Assembly: GCF_032191835.1 (NCBI RefSeq) | Contig: NC_083229.1 | Span: 30,566,001 to 30,630,000, forward strand | Direction: 5' to 3' | Origin: Heteronotia binoei | Taxonomy: Eukaryota | DNA length: 64,000 nt | Shown here: positions 34,403 through 47,823 of the stretch, piece by piece | How the letters are laid out: each line of letters begins with the position of its first letter | Position numbering within the stretch: position 1 is the stretch's first letter | Translations under genes and position numbers: made by a program | Notes under the pieces: generated by a model | What the model was told of the DNA's origin: nothing | The model's database searches: none | Seen by the model: the letters and a program-made list of their open reading frames with translations, nothing else

Positions 34403-34597
34403 TTGTTACATGCCCAAGCATCAATTCATTCACCTTGGAGCATGGGAGATGGCGAATAGTGAATGGTTCTCACTATGAATACAAAACAAAAGTTGTTTTC
34501 AATTGTGATCCTGGGTACCATGGATTGGGACCAGAATCCATTGAATGCCTCGCCAATGGAACATGGAGTTGGAGAAATGAGAGACCATACTGCCAAA
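34403..34597 (+). CDS. CSMD3: CSMD3 exon (195 nt), Sushi domain
   Basis: ttcaag|TTGTT ... CAAA|gtgagt; (V)VTCPSINSFTLEHGRW...WSWRNERPYCQ. Confidence 0.95.
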
Positions 34598-34930
34598 GTG
34601 AGTGTTTTGTTCATCAACAAAAGGTCTGATTTAGTCACAGGCCTTCTGTCTCCATATTGTCATAACTTAGTACATGCATCTACAGTTCATCATACTGTAC
34701 TTAACATGTTAACTAGAATCCAGGGATCTGGCACTGGGGAAAAAACTTTTCATTGGCTGGATTGCACCAAACTATGTAGTAGTCTTGGGGCACAACCCTG
34801 GGTCACCACAGCCATTTTACAGCAGGGCCATGGGGCCCTTCTTGCGTGTGTTGCTAATGATGCTTTATTATCTAGCCGTGCCTTCAGAAAGTCTTCTTGA
34901 AAATATGACAAATCTAAAATGACTCACTGG

Positions 34931-36310
34931 TAGGGGTGTGTACAGAAAAAAAATGGCTAAATTCAGATTTGGGAGTATTCAGGGGAGCCAAATATCCCTG
35001 AACATCAGGCTTGGTGGCCAAACCTTATTTGGGAGATATTCAGCTATCCTAAATATATGGCCCCATTAAAACTCTAAGTGCCATTAAAGTCAATGGCAAA
35101 ACATAGAGTTTAATATATGGAGGCTAGGGGAAAGGGGTTTGGGGGAGAAGAACCAAATTTGCAGTGTAGCTGCAGGAGGCTCTCCCTCAGAGAACCCCCA
35201 AGTTTCAAAAAGATTGGACTAGGGGATCCAATTCTAGGGGGACACAAATTGGTTGCCCCTCTTCCCCATTGTCTCCTAGGATAGGGAAATTGGTTTCCCC
35301 TCTTTCCCATTTCTTCTATGATGGGGAAAACACAGGCAGCAGTCAAATTGTCCTAGAGAAACTCTGCACTGGAAAGTCAAAAGTAGTGAGAATGCTTGTT
35401 TGCAAGGTGAATAACAGCGCTATGTGCCCAGCAGAATAAGTGCCACAGTGGCAGTGCCAGTACCACATACAGGACCTTAGTTCATATCTGAGAATCTCTC
35501 TGAATTGCAAACCTAGGGGGGCGGTGCTTTCTGCAGGGACTGCAGCATAGAAACAGTGCATTGAATACACTGATGCTAAGCAGCAGAGCCCTGTGTCAAC
35601 CTAATAGTGACTAGCCCAGTGACACAATCCTACCAACTGCTGCCCAGCAGCTGAACCCAGTGCCCCTGAGTTCTGAGTATACCAAAAGACGAATGGACAC
35701 ATATCTGAAATTGAGATTTGCAAAGCTGGGAAAACTTGGTTCTCCCATCTGAACCATGCCACAGACTTTGGGATTCCATTAAATGGGAACCCCTGGTCCA
35801 TTTTTTTTTAAATTTTGGGATTCTCTGGGGGAGAGGTTCCCTCAGCTACATGGCAAATTGGTCCATCTTCCTCCAATCCCCTCCTCCCCAGTGCCAATTT
35901 TCCCACTATGGGGAAATTGACACTTTTTCCCCCATCATAGGAGATAGTGGAGGAAGGGGGGTGACTAACTTGGGTGCCCCTAGAGTTGGACCTCCTGGTC
36001 CAATCTTTTTGAAACTTGGTTGTTCTCTGGGGAAGAAGCTCCTGCAGCAATATGGCAAATTTGGTGTCTCTCCCTCAAACTCCCTTCCCCGCAGCCCTCA
36101 TCTATTATACCCTATTTTTTCTCATTGACTGTAATGGTCCATAGGGTATAATGGAGCTGAACAGCTGCTGATTAGATATTCTGGACTGTTGTATTTGGCA
36201 GTTGAAACAGACCAGAGAATCTGATTTGGCTGTATACAGTGCCAAGTACAGCTGAATCAGCTGTTATTCAGGGCTGTATTCAGTTCAGCCAAACCAAATG
36301 CACACCCCTA
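34931..36310. mobile_element. hAT-like non-autonomous foldback element, 1380 bp
   Basis: TIR TAGGGGTGTG(T/C)A; flanks CTCACTGG / CTCAGTTG (6/8); internal inverted repeat with perfect 22-mer 35198-35219 vs 35998-36019. Confidence 0.75.
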
Positions 36311-36832
36311 CTCAGTTGTTAATATTTTGAGGACTGTAGCAAATGTACAGTGTTGAATCCAAGCAGCTTTTCCACTGGTGAAAAAGAGTGGAAGGGATCC
36401 TCTTTCACCATCAAAAAAGGCTATGCTGGGGACCTTGAGATTTTCATAGATAAAACCCATCTGACAAAGCAAATGTAGTAAGAGGGGAATTAGGTGACAG
36501 TAAGAGAAAACATTTCCTGGATTCATCCCATAGGCTGCACAATTATAGATATATGGCAGTCATTGTTCACAAGTTGTTGCTTCTGCAGAGTGTTCAAGGA
36601 TAGCCTCATACATTTTAGAAATCAAGTTCAAAGATGTATCATACACAATGACAAGTAAGCATTCCAGCTATTCACTTATTCCGTTGTGTTGTAGCTGAAT
36701 GATCTATCCTTTTTTTTTCTCCCTCCCTGATTGGTCAACTCTCCCGCACTGAGCTCACATAGGCTCTCCCCCACCTTTGTGGTTTCATCCAAGGGAATGG
36801 GAGGCGGCCAATTGCCAGCAGCTGCTCAGTAG

Positions 36833-37258
<426 letters not shown>

Positions 37259-37347
37259 TGAGAAACTTATATTTGATTGAAGTTCTGTGCACAGCCAGAC
37301 ACCTGGATGTCCTGTTGGTTTCAAAGTGAATTATGAGCATGTAATTG

Positions 37348-37387
<40 letters not shown>

Positions 37388-37393
37388 TACATA
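37348..37393. repeat. (TA)n(CA)n microsatellite at a CR1 tail
   Basis: Read directly. Confidence 0.9.
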
Positions 37394-37705
37394 CTGTGGC
37401 TAATAGCCACTGATGGACCTCTGCTCCATATTTTTATCCAATCCCCTCTTGAAGCTGTCTATGCTTGGAGCCGCCACCAAATCCCGTGGCAGTGAATTCC
37501 ACATGTTAATCACCCTTTGGGTGAAGAAGTACTTCCTTTTATCCATTTTAACCTGACTGCTCAGCAATTTCATCGAATGCCCACGAGTTCTTGTATTGTG
37601 AGAAAGGGAGAAAAGGACTTTGTTCTCTACTTTCTCCATTCCATGCATAATCTTGTAAACCTCTATCATGTCACCCCGCAGTCGACGTTTCTCCAAGCTA
37701 AAGAG
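37394..37705 (-). mobile_element. CR1 LINE 3' fragment
   Basis: LFSLEKRRLRGDMIEVYKIMHG...TRGHSMKL...RKYFFTQRVINMWNSLP...FKRGLD. Confidence 0.9.
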
Positions 37706-39444
37706 TAAATTAAAGTGTATGCCCAGATCAAAATAACCGTGCAATGATTTATAAATTTGTGTTTTTTGAGAAATACCCCCCCCCCCCATCTGAACCATGC
37801 CACAGATTACTTTTTCATCAAAGGGAACTTTCAGAAACAGTTTGCAGTGTATCATGGAAATCTTTTGAAGTAAACCAAGCCAGAAATCCTGCTAGACAAG
37901 TATAAGCAGTTGACTGCCCCTAAAGAACTTGTTCGTACAGATTGTAGGCCATAGACTGTCTGTTCTGATGCCAGAAATTATCAATTACCTTTTTTTCATA
38001 TTTAAAATCTGTTCAGTTTATCTCAGTGGAATGTATTAGGGTTGCATTTCTCTTCTGGTGTATCTGCTTTCTATGGATATTTTCCAAACTCTATTCCATC
38101 TCTAAATGAAATCCTTCACTCGTATGGGGAGAGTCTCTATTTCACAGAGCTCACTGCATAAATCAGGAACACTCAGATCATGGCCAGCAAGCACTTTTAT
38201 ATTCATTATAGCTTAACCAAGTATCACTGGAGTGAAGTCTTGGGCCACCTTCTGGGGAAGCTCCTCAAAATGCACCCTGAAGTTTCATGTACCCAAATTT
38301 GGGGGGTTTTGACTTTTCTCACATTGTTTTTTTTTAAGTTCCTGGCAAGCATCACTATTGCGTATGGATTAAAGGAGGGAACTAGCACTTCCAGTCTTCT
38401 TTTTGAGTGCTTTCCTTTATGTGAGGCTGCATAGAAACACAGAGGACTACTTTTGACAATTTCTGAGTTTGTTTCTTTGTTCAGATAATTATTCCCAACT
38501 TTTCTTAGTTTAGAAGATTGCTTTCTTTGCCTCCATCTTACCTTCATGACAACAACACCATGAGTTCAGTTAGTCTGAGAGAAAATGACTGGCTCCAGTC
38601 CTGGATTTGTCAGATGCACATCCCACTAAAATCCATGAAGTATGCATACATACAGCCTGGAATGGGAGTTCAGCCTTCAAAAACTTCCTGTCTGAAACAC
38701 AGCTTCTGTAATGCCTGTTTCATTTTCAAAGGTGGAACCAAGTGGTCATACGGCAAAGGCTTGTGAATGAACATATTTTGTTCTGGATTATTGTGTTGAC
38801 TTTATATCAGACATCAATTCAGGCAATCTGTTGACATTTTCTTTCCAGTCGAGGTTAAGATGGTGATAGCATTTTGAAGTTAGCCATTACAGTTTCATTC
38901 TCATTTATCATTATTAAGGCAGAGTTCAGGGCTGTGCAGCAGAGAGACAGGAGAAAATATAAGTTTACTTTTAGGGTACAAAGAGATTTTTGTTTGCCCA
39001 ACTTACTAAAAACATTTGCCTGTCATATCTTCCCCCTCAGGGTAGCCACCCTTCTGCATTTCCATTAGTCTTCTTACTGTTAGGCTTCATCCAATGTAGT
39101 TCTTTTCTTCCATGAACAAAACAATAATTAGTTAATCTATAAATCTTTGGCAGACAATTTATTTCTTGATACTCAGTAGAAGTAAAGTTGAGCTCTCCCT
39201 TATATTTTGCCAAGGGAACAATTTTGGACAGGAGTTCTTAACTGCTTGACAAATGGTTGTTTTTCCCTCTTTGATGTTAAAAGAAACAGTAAAGGAAACC
39301 AATTAGGAAATAAAAACTGAATCAAACTCAGCTGAACTTTTACCGTAAAGAATAATCTGCTTGCAAATTAAGCTCACAAATGTATCTTTTTACAAAAGCA
39401 AATGCTTCTGGGTTTGGGGGTAGTTTTTATTTATTTATTTTTAA

Positions 39445-39646
39445 TGTTAAGTTGCAGCCAATTTATGGCAATCCAGTAGCACTTTCAGGCCAAGAGATGT
39501 TCAGCAGTGGTTTGTCATTGCCTGCCTCTACAAAGCAATGCTGGACTTCCTGGGTGGTCTCCTATCCAAATACTAACCAAGGCCAACCCTACTTAGCTTC
39601 CAAGATCCATCAAGATCAGGCTAGCTTGGGCTACCTAGGTCAGGGC
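39445..39646 (-). mobile_element. 5S rRNA-derived SINE
   Basis: Minus strand GATCTTGGAAGCTAAGTAGGGTTGGCCTTGGTTAGTATTTGGATAGGAGACC ... GGCAATGACAAACCAC. Confidence 0.8.
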
Positions 39647-40202
39647 ACATCAACACTAGCTAAAGGGTTTTAAGCACTCTTGATATAGATTTATTACAAG
39701 TAGTTTAAAATGGGAGAACATTGACCCAACCTTAGATTTAAATTGACTTCTACTTAATTAGTTTGCACTGAAGTTAGAAAAAGAAAGAAGGCAGCCATGT
39801 AAATAAGAACAATAGCTACTTAAGAAGCTACAAACGAGATTGTGTTTCAGGAGCAATGCTCATGTTCCTTCTCTCTCACTGCTGGGTTAAGAAGGAAGCC
39901 CTGAGCTACAGGCAAGAAATCCAGATAGCAGCTTCTCCCACACTAGGGTTGCCCTTTTGAAACTGGGTTATTTCTGAAATGGCAAAGAGCCATCTCATAG
40001 AGTTCTTTCCCTGTGCCTTGTGGCTTTTAGTGTTGCCCCAGTGGTATAATAAGGTGTACTACTGCAGTGCCTCCCTCAATGCTATTGAATCTGGTTTCTG
40101 AATTGTCACGTTTGTTTCAAACAAGGAAAGCAGGTTCTCTTTATCACTTACCTCCCAAAGATCAGCCACAGTTCAGCTAGATACTGGTGTATACTGGTGG
40201 TG

Positions 40203-40412
40203 AAAAGTGTCATCAAATCACAGCTTACTTGTGATGACCCACCTATTGGGTTTTCATGGCAGGAAGCAGATGAAGGTGGTTTTCCATTGCCTGCCTCTGT
40301 GTAGCAACCCCAGGCTTCCTCAGTGGCTCCAGTCTAGTACTAATGAGATCTGACCCTTCTTCGCTCCCAAGATCTGATGAGAATGGTTAGCGTGGGCCAT
40401 CCAGATCAGGGC
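40203..40412 (-). mobile_element. 5S rRNA-derived SINE (more decayed)
   Basis: Minus strand GCCCTGATCTGGATGGCCC...GATCTTGGGAGCGAAGAAGGGTC...GGCAATGGAAACCACC. Confidence 0.7.
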
Positions 40413-40462
40413 ACTGGTTTTTATTACAGAATGTTTAAAAAATACATTAGTCTTTTCATAGC

Positions 40463-40647
40463 ATGAACATATGAAGTTGCCTTACACTGATTCAAACCAC
40501 TGGGTCATCAAAGTCAGAACTGTCAATGCAGTCTGGCAGTGGTTTGCCAGGATCATTGCATACTCCCCAAGCCTCTTAGCTGGATGTTCCAGGAATGGTA
40601 CCTGAGCCCCTCTGCATGCCAAGCAGATGCTTTACCACTGAGCCACA
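40463..40647 (-). mobile_element. tRNA-derived SINE, same family as 11006-11222
   Basis: Plus strand CATGAACATATGAAGTTGCCTTA...GCAGATGCTTTACCACTGAGCCAC. Confidence 0.75.
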
Positions 40648-41690
40648 TCTAATGCCTGTTAAAAAAAAAAAGCCCATAAAGCTTAGGCTCCTGTAATGTG
40701 TTTATTTGCTGTACTGTCTATCCTGCATTAATGGAATGGGCCAACAAGTTTACCATAAAATCCTTGGAATACTTTCCTTGGACTAAGCCCCACTGAATAG
40801 GATGGCTCACTCACAGTGACATCCAAGCAGAGTTTATGTCCTTCAACCTTCAAGTGCTACATCCTGCTGACCCTACTCCCAACTATGCTGCTGCCATTTT
40901 TTATGCCTGTAAAATATACCGTAAATGATAACTATCATAAAGGAATGCCTATATGCATATAAATGTTCTTAGGAAAGAGATTTCCCCCCCCCCTGACATA
41001 CTGGGATCCAGATTCTTTGACAGAGTGATTGGAGGAATGTAAGATATGGAAAGATGAGAACCAGTATTCTAAACTGCTGGGTTGTCCCCATCATATCTAG
41101 TGAGATCCTGGTCTGTTGGGTTTTTTTTAACTAGCAAGCTATTTCTCACTTGGGGGTTCGTGCCACACTGGCACACTTCTTTCCCTTGCAGGTCTTGGAG
41201 TTGAGATGAAACTTTCCTAAGTGCTGATACCTTCAGTAGTGTTGCTTAAGCCAGAAGGGGGTGTTGCAGCACAAACATTTTTTAAAAAAATATATTTTGG
41301 CAAATGGTTTCATTTGTGTACCTTACCGGATACTGTTTGAATTTCCCAGCCCAAGCCTCATAAATAACATCAAATAATAGATGATAGGTGGCTTCCTTCC
41401 AAAACAGCAATGTGCCAACTTAATCATTAAATCAAAGATATTACCCGACAGACAATAATGTTTAATTGAAAAAATTTGGCAAGGAAAAAATTAATGGGAA
41501 AGTTTGTCTCCTGTAAACCTGCTGGAACAATATACCACAACTATCAATATGTGGAAGACAGCATCAAATGACATGGCAGGTCCCGCTTCTACACAGGTGC
41601 ATGTGCAGAGCAATTGGATGTGGTCTTCTCCCATCCCCAGTGTCTTGACTGTGTATAGCTCTTTTGACTGAATATAGCTTTTGTTGCACT

Positions 41691-41856
41691 CAGGGCCAGC
41701 CCTGCCAGTAGGCAAACTAGGTGTTTCCCTAGGGCGCTGGATTTCTGGGGTCACCAAATTGGGCGCCCCCCTTTTGACTCAGTGGCATTATCAGTGTAGG
41801 GAGGGCACCAGAAGTTAGCCTTGCCTAGGATGCCAGACAGTCTAGGGCCTGCCCTG
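41691..41856. mobile_element. hAT MITE, 166 bp
   Basis: CAGGGCCAGCCCT ... AGGGCCTGCCCTG; TSD GTTGCACT / GTTGTACT (7/8). Confidence 0.8.
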
Positions 41857-42544
41857 GTTGTACTGAAATTATTTGGGGGGAGGGCAACAACACAAACAGA
41901 AAGTCCTAGGATCGGCTGCTGATTTTGTTGTTGCTGTTACTCTCCTTGAGTCCCAGTTATCTGGGCTTATAAATGTTATAAATAAATAAACTAGGATGAA
42001 CAGATTTCTCGGGAGGGAAGGAACTTGATTGTTGCAAAGGCATCATGTAGTAGGAGTAAAAACATGTAGATTAAAATATTGCGGACTGCAAAGCTTGATG
42101 GATTTTAGCTTTTCTAGCAAAAATATATTTGGGTGATCTAGAGGGTATATAGCAGCTTTCCCATCTTTTAATATGCCATCAGTCATGAAACCTTTCACAG
42201 AGAAGCATCAAGCAATGCTGTAACATTAGTAACAAGATTATAAGACTGAGTGTGGAGAATGTTGTTGGTCCCTAAGGTGTTACTGAACAATATAGCTGAA
42301 ACTAGACTCGAGTAATAGCTTGAGCGGTATACGAGTGTGGGGTCAACATTTCATTAATTACCAAATGAGTGTTTAGCCATGATATTTAGGATAATAATCT
42401 AGTGTGGTAAGGATTTGGACTGGGGAGACCTGGGTTCAGGCTCAAGGTACTCTTGGGCCCAGCTTTTCTTTTCTCTTCAGCCTAAAGTGTTTCACAGTGT
42501 GACTGTCAGGATCAAACAGAGGAGGGAAAATTGTATACTCATAC

Positions 42545-42749
42545 TAGGGTTGCCAAGTCTGTGTTGGAAAATACCTAGAGACTTTAGGGATGGATGTGGG
42601 AGAGGGCAGGGCTTGGGGAGGGGAGGGGACTCAGCATGGTTCAATGCCATACAGTCTACACTTCGAAACAGCCATTTTCTCCAGGGGAGCTGATCTCTGC
42701 TTTCTGGGGATCAGTTGTAAAAGTCCCCACCTGAAGGCTGACAATCCTA
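42545..42749. mobile_element. TAGGGTTGCCA-ended hAT-like MITE
   Basis: TAGGGTTGCCA ... TGACAATCCTA; same internal sequence as 43981-44196. Confidence 0.7.
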
Positions 42750-43980
42750 ACCCTTATCTCTACAGAGCGCAAAGCCCAGGATACAAATATGAGCGATAGT
42801 GTACAATTGTCAGTCTTGATTGCAAACATGGTACACTATTATCCAGAAAAAAAGCTTTCAAAATACTTCTGAAAAACTGCATTTCTTACAACTGTCTTTA
42901 AAAATGTCTACCCCAGATGCTAGATTTGCCCACCTGTCATCCAATTTTGAGCGACCAGACATTTTTAGGTCGGAACGATAGCTTATATACTGAAAATCAG
43001 CTGGCGAGAAAGGAATTTTCTAGTCTGAATTATGAAGTGAATAGAAATAATAGATTTGTTCTTTGGCATCATTCCAGAGGTTAATGCTAGTTATTCAAAG
43101 TGGCATGTTTATAACAAAAAGGTGATTTGGTATGTGCAGTCTTCATATTACTGAGTAAAATAATCTGTTCTTTTTTTCCTGTACTGTACAATTATCTTTG
43201 TCATATAAAAACCTGGAGAAAATTCTATTGTGAGAAGGCACATGGAAAGCGTTATTGGCCTACAAAGAAATGATCAAGAGCAACTATATTTCAAACTGAA
43301 CAATAGTTGTGTAACTTTTAAAATGTCCTGGTAGAATGGATTTAAACTTTAGGAAAAGAATCACACACACAACACCCCCACCCCCAAACTGGCCCAGAGT
43401 CCTGAAAATTAGAGTTTAAAATGGAAGCGCTGAAAGACCATTAACAACAGACAGGACCATAAAATGTGTGGTGTGCAGCCATGCTTTACTGTAGCTAATG
43501 CTCTCATATTCCTGACAATGTCATATTGGCACTTTAAGATTCTTTTCATCACAGATATCTTAGAAAGAGAACTCAAAAGGGAGCAGAAAAAAGACACTGA
43601 AATCCAAGGGAATTAAACAGGCCTTGCTGGAATGGCTATGCAATATACAGTTAGCAGTTATCTATAATTCTATTATTGCATTGTTTAAAATTCTTCTTCA
43701 TCTCTTTTTTCAATGCATAATACATAATGAGGAAGTCATTCCCCAAGACATGCAGAGAGACAGAATGGTTTCCTTGGTAATGGAAATAACTGTAAATGAA
43801 AGTGATCACAACAATCTCTTCCTTTCAGAAATGCTTATTTCATTCTCACAGGCCAAATCTTGTCCACACATTCTCCATTCATTAGAACATTTCATGTGTG
43901 TGTGTGTATGGGGGGAAGGGAGAATATAATTGTTTTACATGTGAGAGTTTGATAGAGGACTGAATCTGTGGTTTCCCAAA

Positions 43981-44196
43981 TAGGGTTGCCAGGTCTGTGT
44001 TGGAAAATACCTGGAGACTTTGGGAGTGGGTTCAGGAGAGTGTGGGGTTTGGGGAGGGGAGGAGCCTCAGCATGGTACAACACCATAGAGTCCACCCTTC
44101 AAAGCAGCCATTTTCTCCAGGGGAGCTGATCTTTTCCAGCTGGAGATCAGTTGTAAAAGCAGATCTCCAATCTCTGCCTGGAGGATGGCAACCCTA
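43981..44196. mobile_element. TAGGGTTGCCA-ended hAT-like MITE
   Basis: Perfect TIR TAGGGTTGCCA / TGGCAACCCTA; TSD not clean. Confidence 0.75.
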
Positions 44197-45080
44197 TATC
44201 TCAAACCATGGTAGTGGGAAACCCTCCGAAATAATATTAATGAGGTTTCATGTTCAAAGGCCAAAACCCCAAACTGAGTTTATTCCAAGTACATTTTAGG
44301 AAATAAGTAGGTATGATGGCTATATGCTTCTGTATCCATAATACAGAGGCTTTATACCACAAGGGACAGAACAGTATTTTACAAAATATGTATTTAAATG
44401 AGACGTGTACAAGTTGTGACCAAGAAAACTGCTCAAGAGTCCAATCCACCAGGTGAGCATTATGGCCCACCAGGTGATTAACAACCTTTTTTGTTGCTGT
44501 TGTTCTAATGCCAGGCAGGCACCAAGAGGTTTACTGATTCCCTAATTAGCCATTTTGCATGGCTAGTTGCCTCTGTTTGTCTGGGATTCACAAGTTGTGC
44601 AGATGTGCCTTAAATGCAGAAGAGCTGGTACCAACTTTGTCATTTGTCACACATATCAACTGGAAAGGTAGCATTTCAATAATGATTGCGCTTAAAGTGC
44701 CAATATAATGCTTATTACAATTATTTCTTGTAGCTCTGCTTTTGTCCAAAGCATTCAAGATGGGGGTACAAAAAGGCTGCCACATTTCATCCCTGAGAGT
44801 GTACCTTGTAAACGAGCATATTGTCTTAGTGAGACTTGCTGATCCATATCCAGTACCTTAACCACTCTGCCACATTGAGTTTCACTGTTCTTTTTCAAGG
44901 AAGATGTTTCTAAGAAATCATAGGTGATCTGGTGTAGTACATTGAATACCCTTTGATTGAAGAGGCCTGGCTTCAAATCCCAGCACAGTTAAGAAGTTCA
45001 CTGGGTAGACTTGAGTCAGACGCATGCTCAGTGCACCTTGTAGGGTTGTGAGGACAATTTTATTTGCTCTGTTCTCCTTA

Positions 45081-45110
45081 AAATTAAATTAAATTAAATT
45101 AAATTAAATT
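45081..45110. repeat. (AAATT)6 microsatellite
   Basis: Read directly. Confidence 0.9.
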
Positions 45111-45229
45111 ATCATATGGCATTGTGTGTGCATTACTAGGAGTTCCTATGATTGTCTGGCAGCCTGATGTTCTAGCTCTTTTTAGCATTATGCAGCAAGC
45201 TAGAGTTATTTGGGAGGGGGGCTGGAAGA

Positions 45230-45342
45230 GCCATAATTGACTCAAGATTACCTAGGCTGACTTCAAGCGGAGGAGGACAGAATCAAACTTGGTTCTCCAG
45301 ATTGGAGTCTGTTGCTCTTAACCACTATACCACACTGGCTCC
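45230..45342 (-). mobile_element. 5' part of a CORE/MIR-like SINE
   Basis: Minus strand GGAGCCAGTGTGGTATAGTGGTTAAGAGC...CCAAGTTTGATTC. Confidence 0.6.
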
Positions 45343-45413
45343 GCTATCTTCCTGAAATGAAGACAGAATCTGAATATAATAAAAGTCCAATATTTGTAAG
45401 GTTAAATTTTTAA

Positions 45414-45638
<225 letters not shown>

Positions 45639-46287
45639 TAAGGATGGCAGAGGTTTGCATGATGCATGTTCTGTTTCTACTATTTTGGTAAAAGGGTAGC
45701 ATTAAAGTGAACAGTTTATTATTCTGTATATTAAAGACTGTTTTTCAGGAAATTGAATATTGCAGTAGATTAGCATACATGATTTTTTAATTAAAAAAAA
45801 TCATTGTGCATGCTAATCTACTGCAACATGCAATTTTTAATTTAAAAAATCAACTTAAAAAAAAAACCCTCTCCTTAGCATTATATCATTGTGACTCACC
45901 CTGAGCCCATCTTCGGGAAGGGCAGACTAGAAATGCCCAGTTTGGAATAGGACTGGGGTATGCATATACAGATGGGCTTCCTAATGGGCCAAATTGCAGC
46001 CCAGCCTCCATCTGTTTCTGATGGGGGAAATGGGGGTAAGGCTGAAGCCCTTTCTCCTGGTTATGGCCCTGATCCAAATTCGGGACTGTGCACATGAGAA
46101 TTGAATAGAACCCACACATTCACATCTGTCTTTAACACAAGGTGGGGCCCCAGACTCTGTGTACTCTGTAACATGTGAACTAAGAGACATGAGATTTTGG
46201 GGAAACAGGGGGAAACTTCTCATGGAGATCTCAGAGGCTAAAGCTGATTTTGAAGAAATCATGGCAATTCCTGCGGTTCTGTACAAG

Positions 46288-46754
46288 CAGGCCTCAGATT
46301 CAGCAGGAGTTCACAGGAGCACAGCTCCTGAACCTTTCTGATGGCTCCCCTTCTTCCTTCCCACCTATCTTGTCCATTGAATAGTAGGTGCAGCTACATA
46401 ACAATCCCTAGATTAGGAGACTGCGTAGCCAGCCAGCCAGCCACCAGGGGCTTTGCCATGTCCCCAGCACCTCTCATTAACCCCTGGAGAAACTCACGCC
46501 ACCCTTTCTCCACTTCTTATGTGATTTTGGATGGCAGGTGGCTTGCTGGCCTTTTGACTGGGGGGGACACCCAGGAGAGCCCCAGGCAAGCAAGGCCTGC
46601 TAGGACTGGTTGGATCTCTAGCCAGCCCAAGCAGGCCACGCTCGCTTGGGGCTCTCCTTTCTTACATCGGGTTGCTTTTGGCTGGGGGAGCAGCATATGC
46701 TAATAAGTTATGCTAATGAGCTCTGCCACCTGTTTTTCTATAAAACAACCCCTG
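46288..46754. mobile_element. hAT-like MITE, 467 bp, longer relative of 28059-28208
   Basis: CAGGCCTCAGATTCAGCAGG ... AAACAACCCCTG; perfect TSD TGTACAAG at 46280-46287 and 46755-46762. Confidence 0.85.
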
Positions 46755-47213
46755 TGTACAAGCATAGTTGAGTCATATATCTATGTCTCATAGAAATGAG
46801 AGGGACTGGAACAGAAAGTGGGTGAGAATTGCTTCATGCTCAAGGTACCAAGAGGAGCCAGCATAAGACACATGAGTTTAATCTCGTTCACCAGTTCTTT
46901 CCTCTCAGCTCTCAGTTGTTAAACTGTATGCCACCATCTGACAGCCTTAGACCAGTCCCAAGAGGAAAGAGAAGAAACAACTCTGGGATGCAGCCCCAAA
47001 ACTTATTGTTTGCCAGCCCTAGTACAACCTCAGATTTTTTAACCTCTACAAAAATGATGTGAGAGCTATTGCTGGCAAAAATGGTGGGTTTAACCTCATG
47101 TAGTATTTTTGCTTCCTTTCTGAGTACCTATTACTTTCCAGCATAGGGTCAGAGAGGTGTTTTCTCTTTGAGAACATCAAACCAGAGATGAGGCAAGGAC
47201 ATCTCTGTTGCAC

Positions 47214-47243
47214 CACACACACACACACACACACATACACACA
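47214..47243. repeat. (AC)n microsatellite about 80 nt upstream of an exon acceptor
   Basis: Read directly. Confidence 0.9.
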
Positions 47244-47246
47244 TAA

Positions 47247-47504
<258 letters not shown>

Positions 47505-47535
47505 TGATTCTCAGGAAAGGAAGGTTTGCTTAGAT

Positions 47536-47823
47536 CGGGGTGGCCAAACTGTGACTTGTTCACACATATTGTGTGGCTTTCAAAGTCCCCTATGCCCCGT
47601 TGGCCAGCTCAGAGAAGGCATTTGTGACTTCTCCAAGCTAAGTCAGTTGGTGGCTTGGAGAATGCATTTGAAGTTAAAATTGCTTTCTTTCCACCTCTCC
47701 CTCCCTTCCATCTGTTTGCCTGCCTGCCTGCTCTCAAACATCTGATGTTCATGTCCTGTGGCTTTCAAACATCTGAGGTGTATTTTATGTGACTCTTATG
47801 TTAAGCAGGTTTGGTCACCCCTG
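47536..47823. mobile_element. hAT MITE, about 288 bp, 40 nt downstream of a donor site
   Basis: CGGGGTGGCCAAAC ... GTTTGGTCACCCCTG; flanks GCTTAGAT / TTTTAGAT (6/8). Confidence 0.75.

Noticed and set aside
39545-39646. 5S rRNA gene (also 18621 and 40310-40412)
   Set aside because: 5' end differs from 5S, copies are diverged and fused to an RTE-type tail: SINE heads, not genes.
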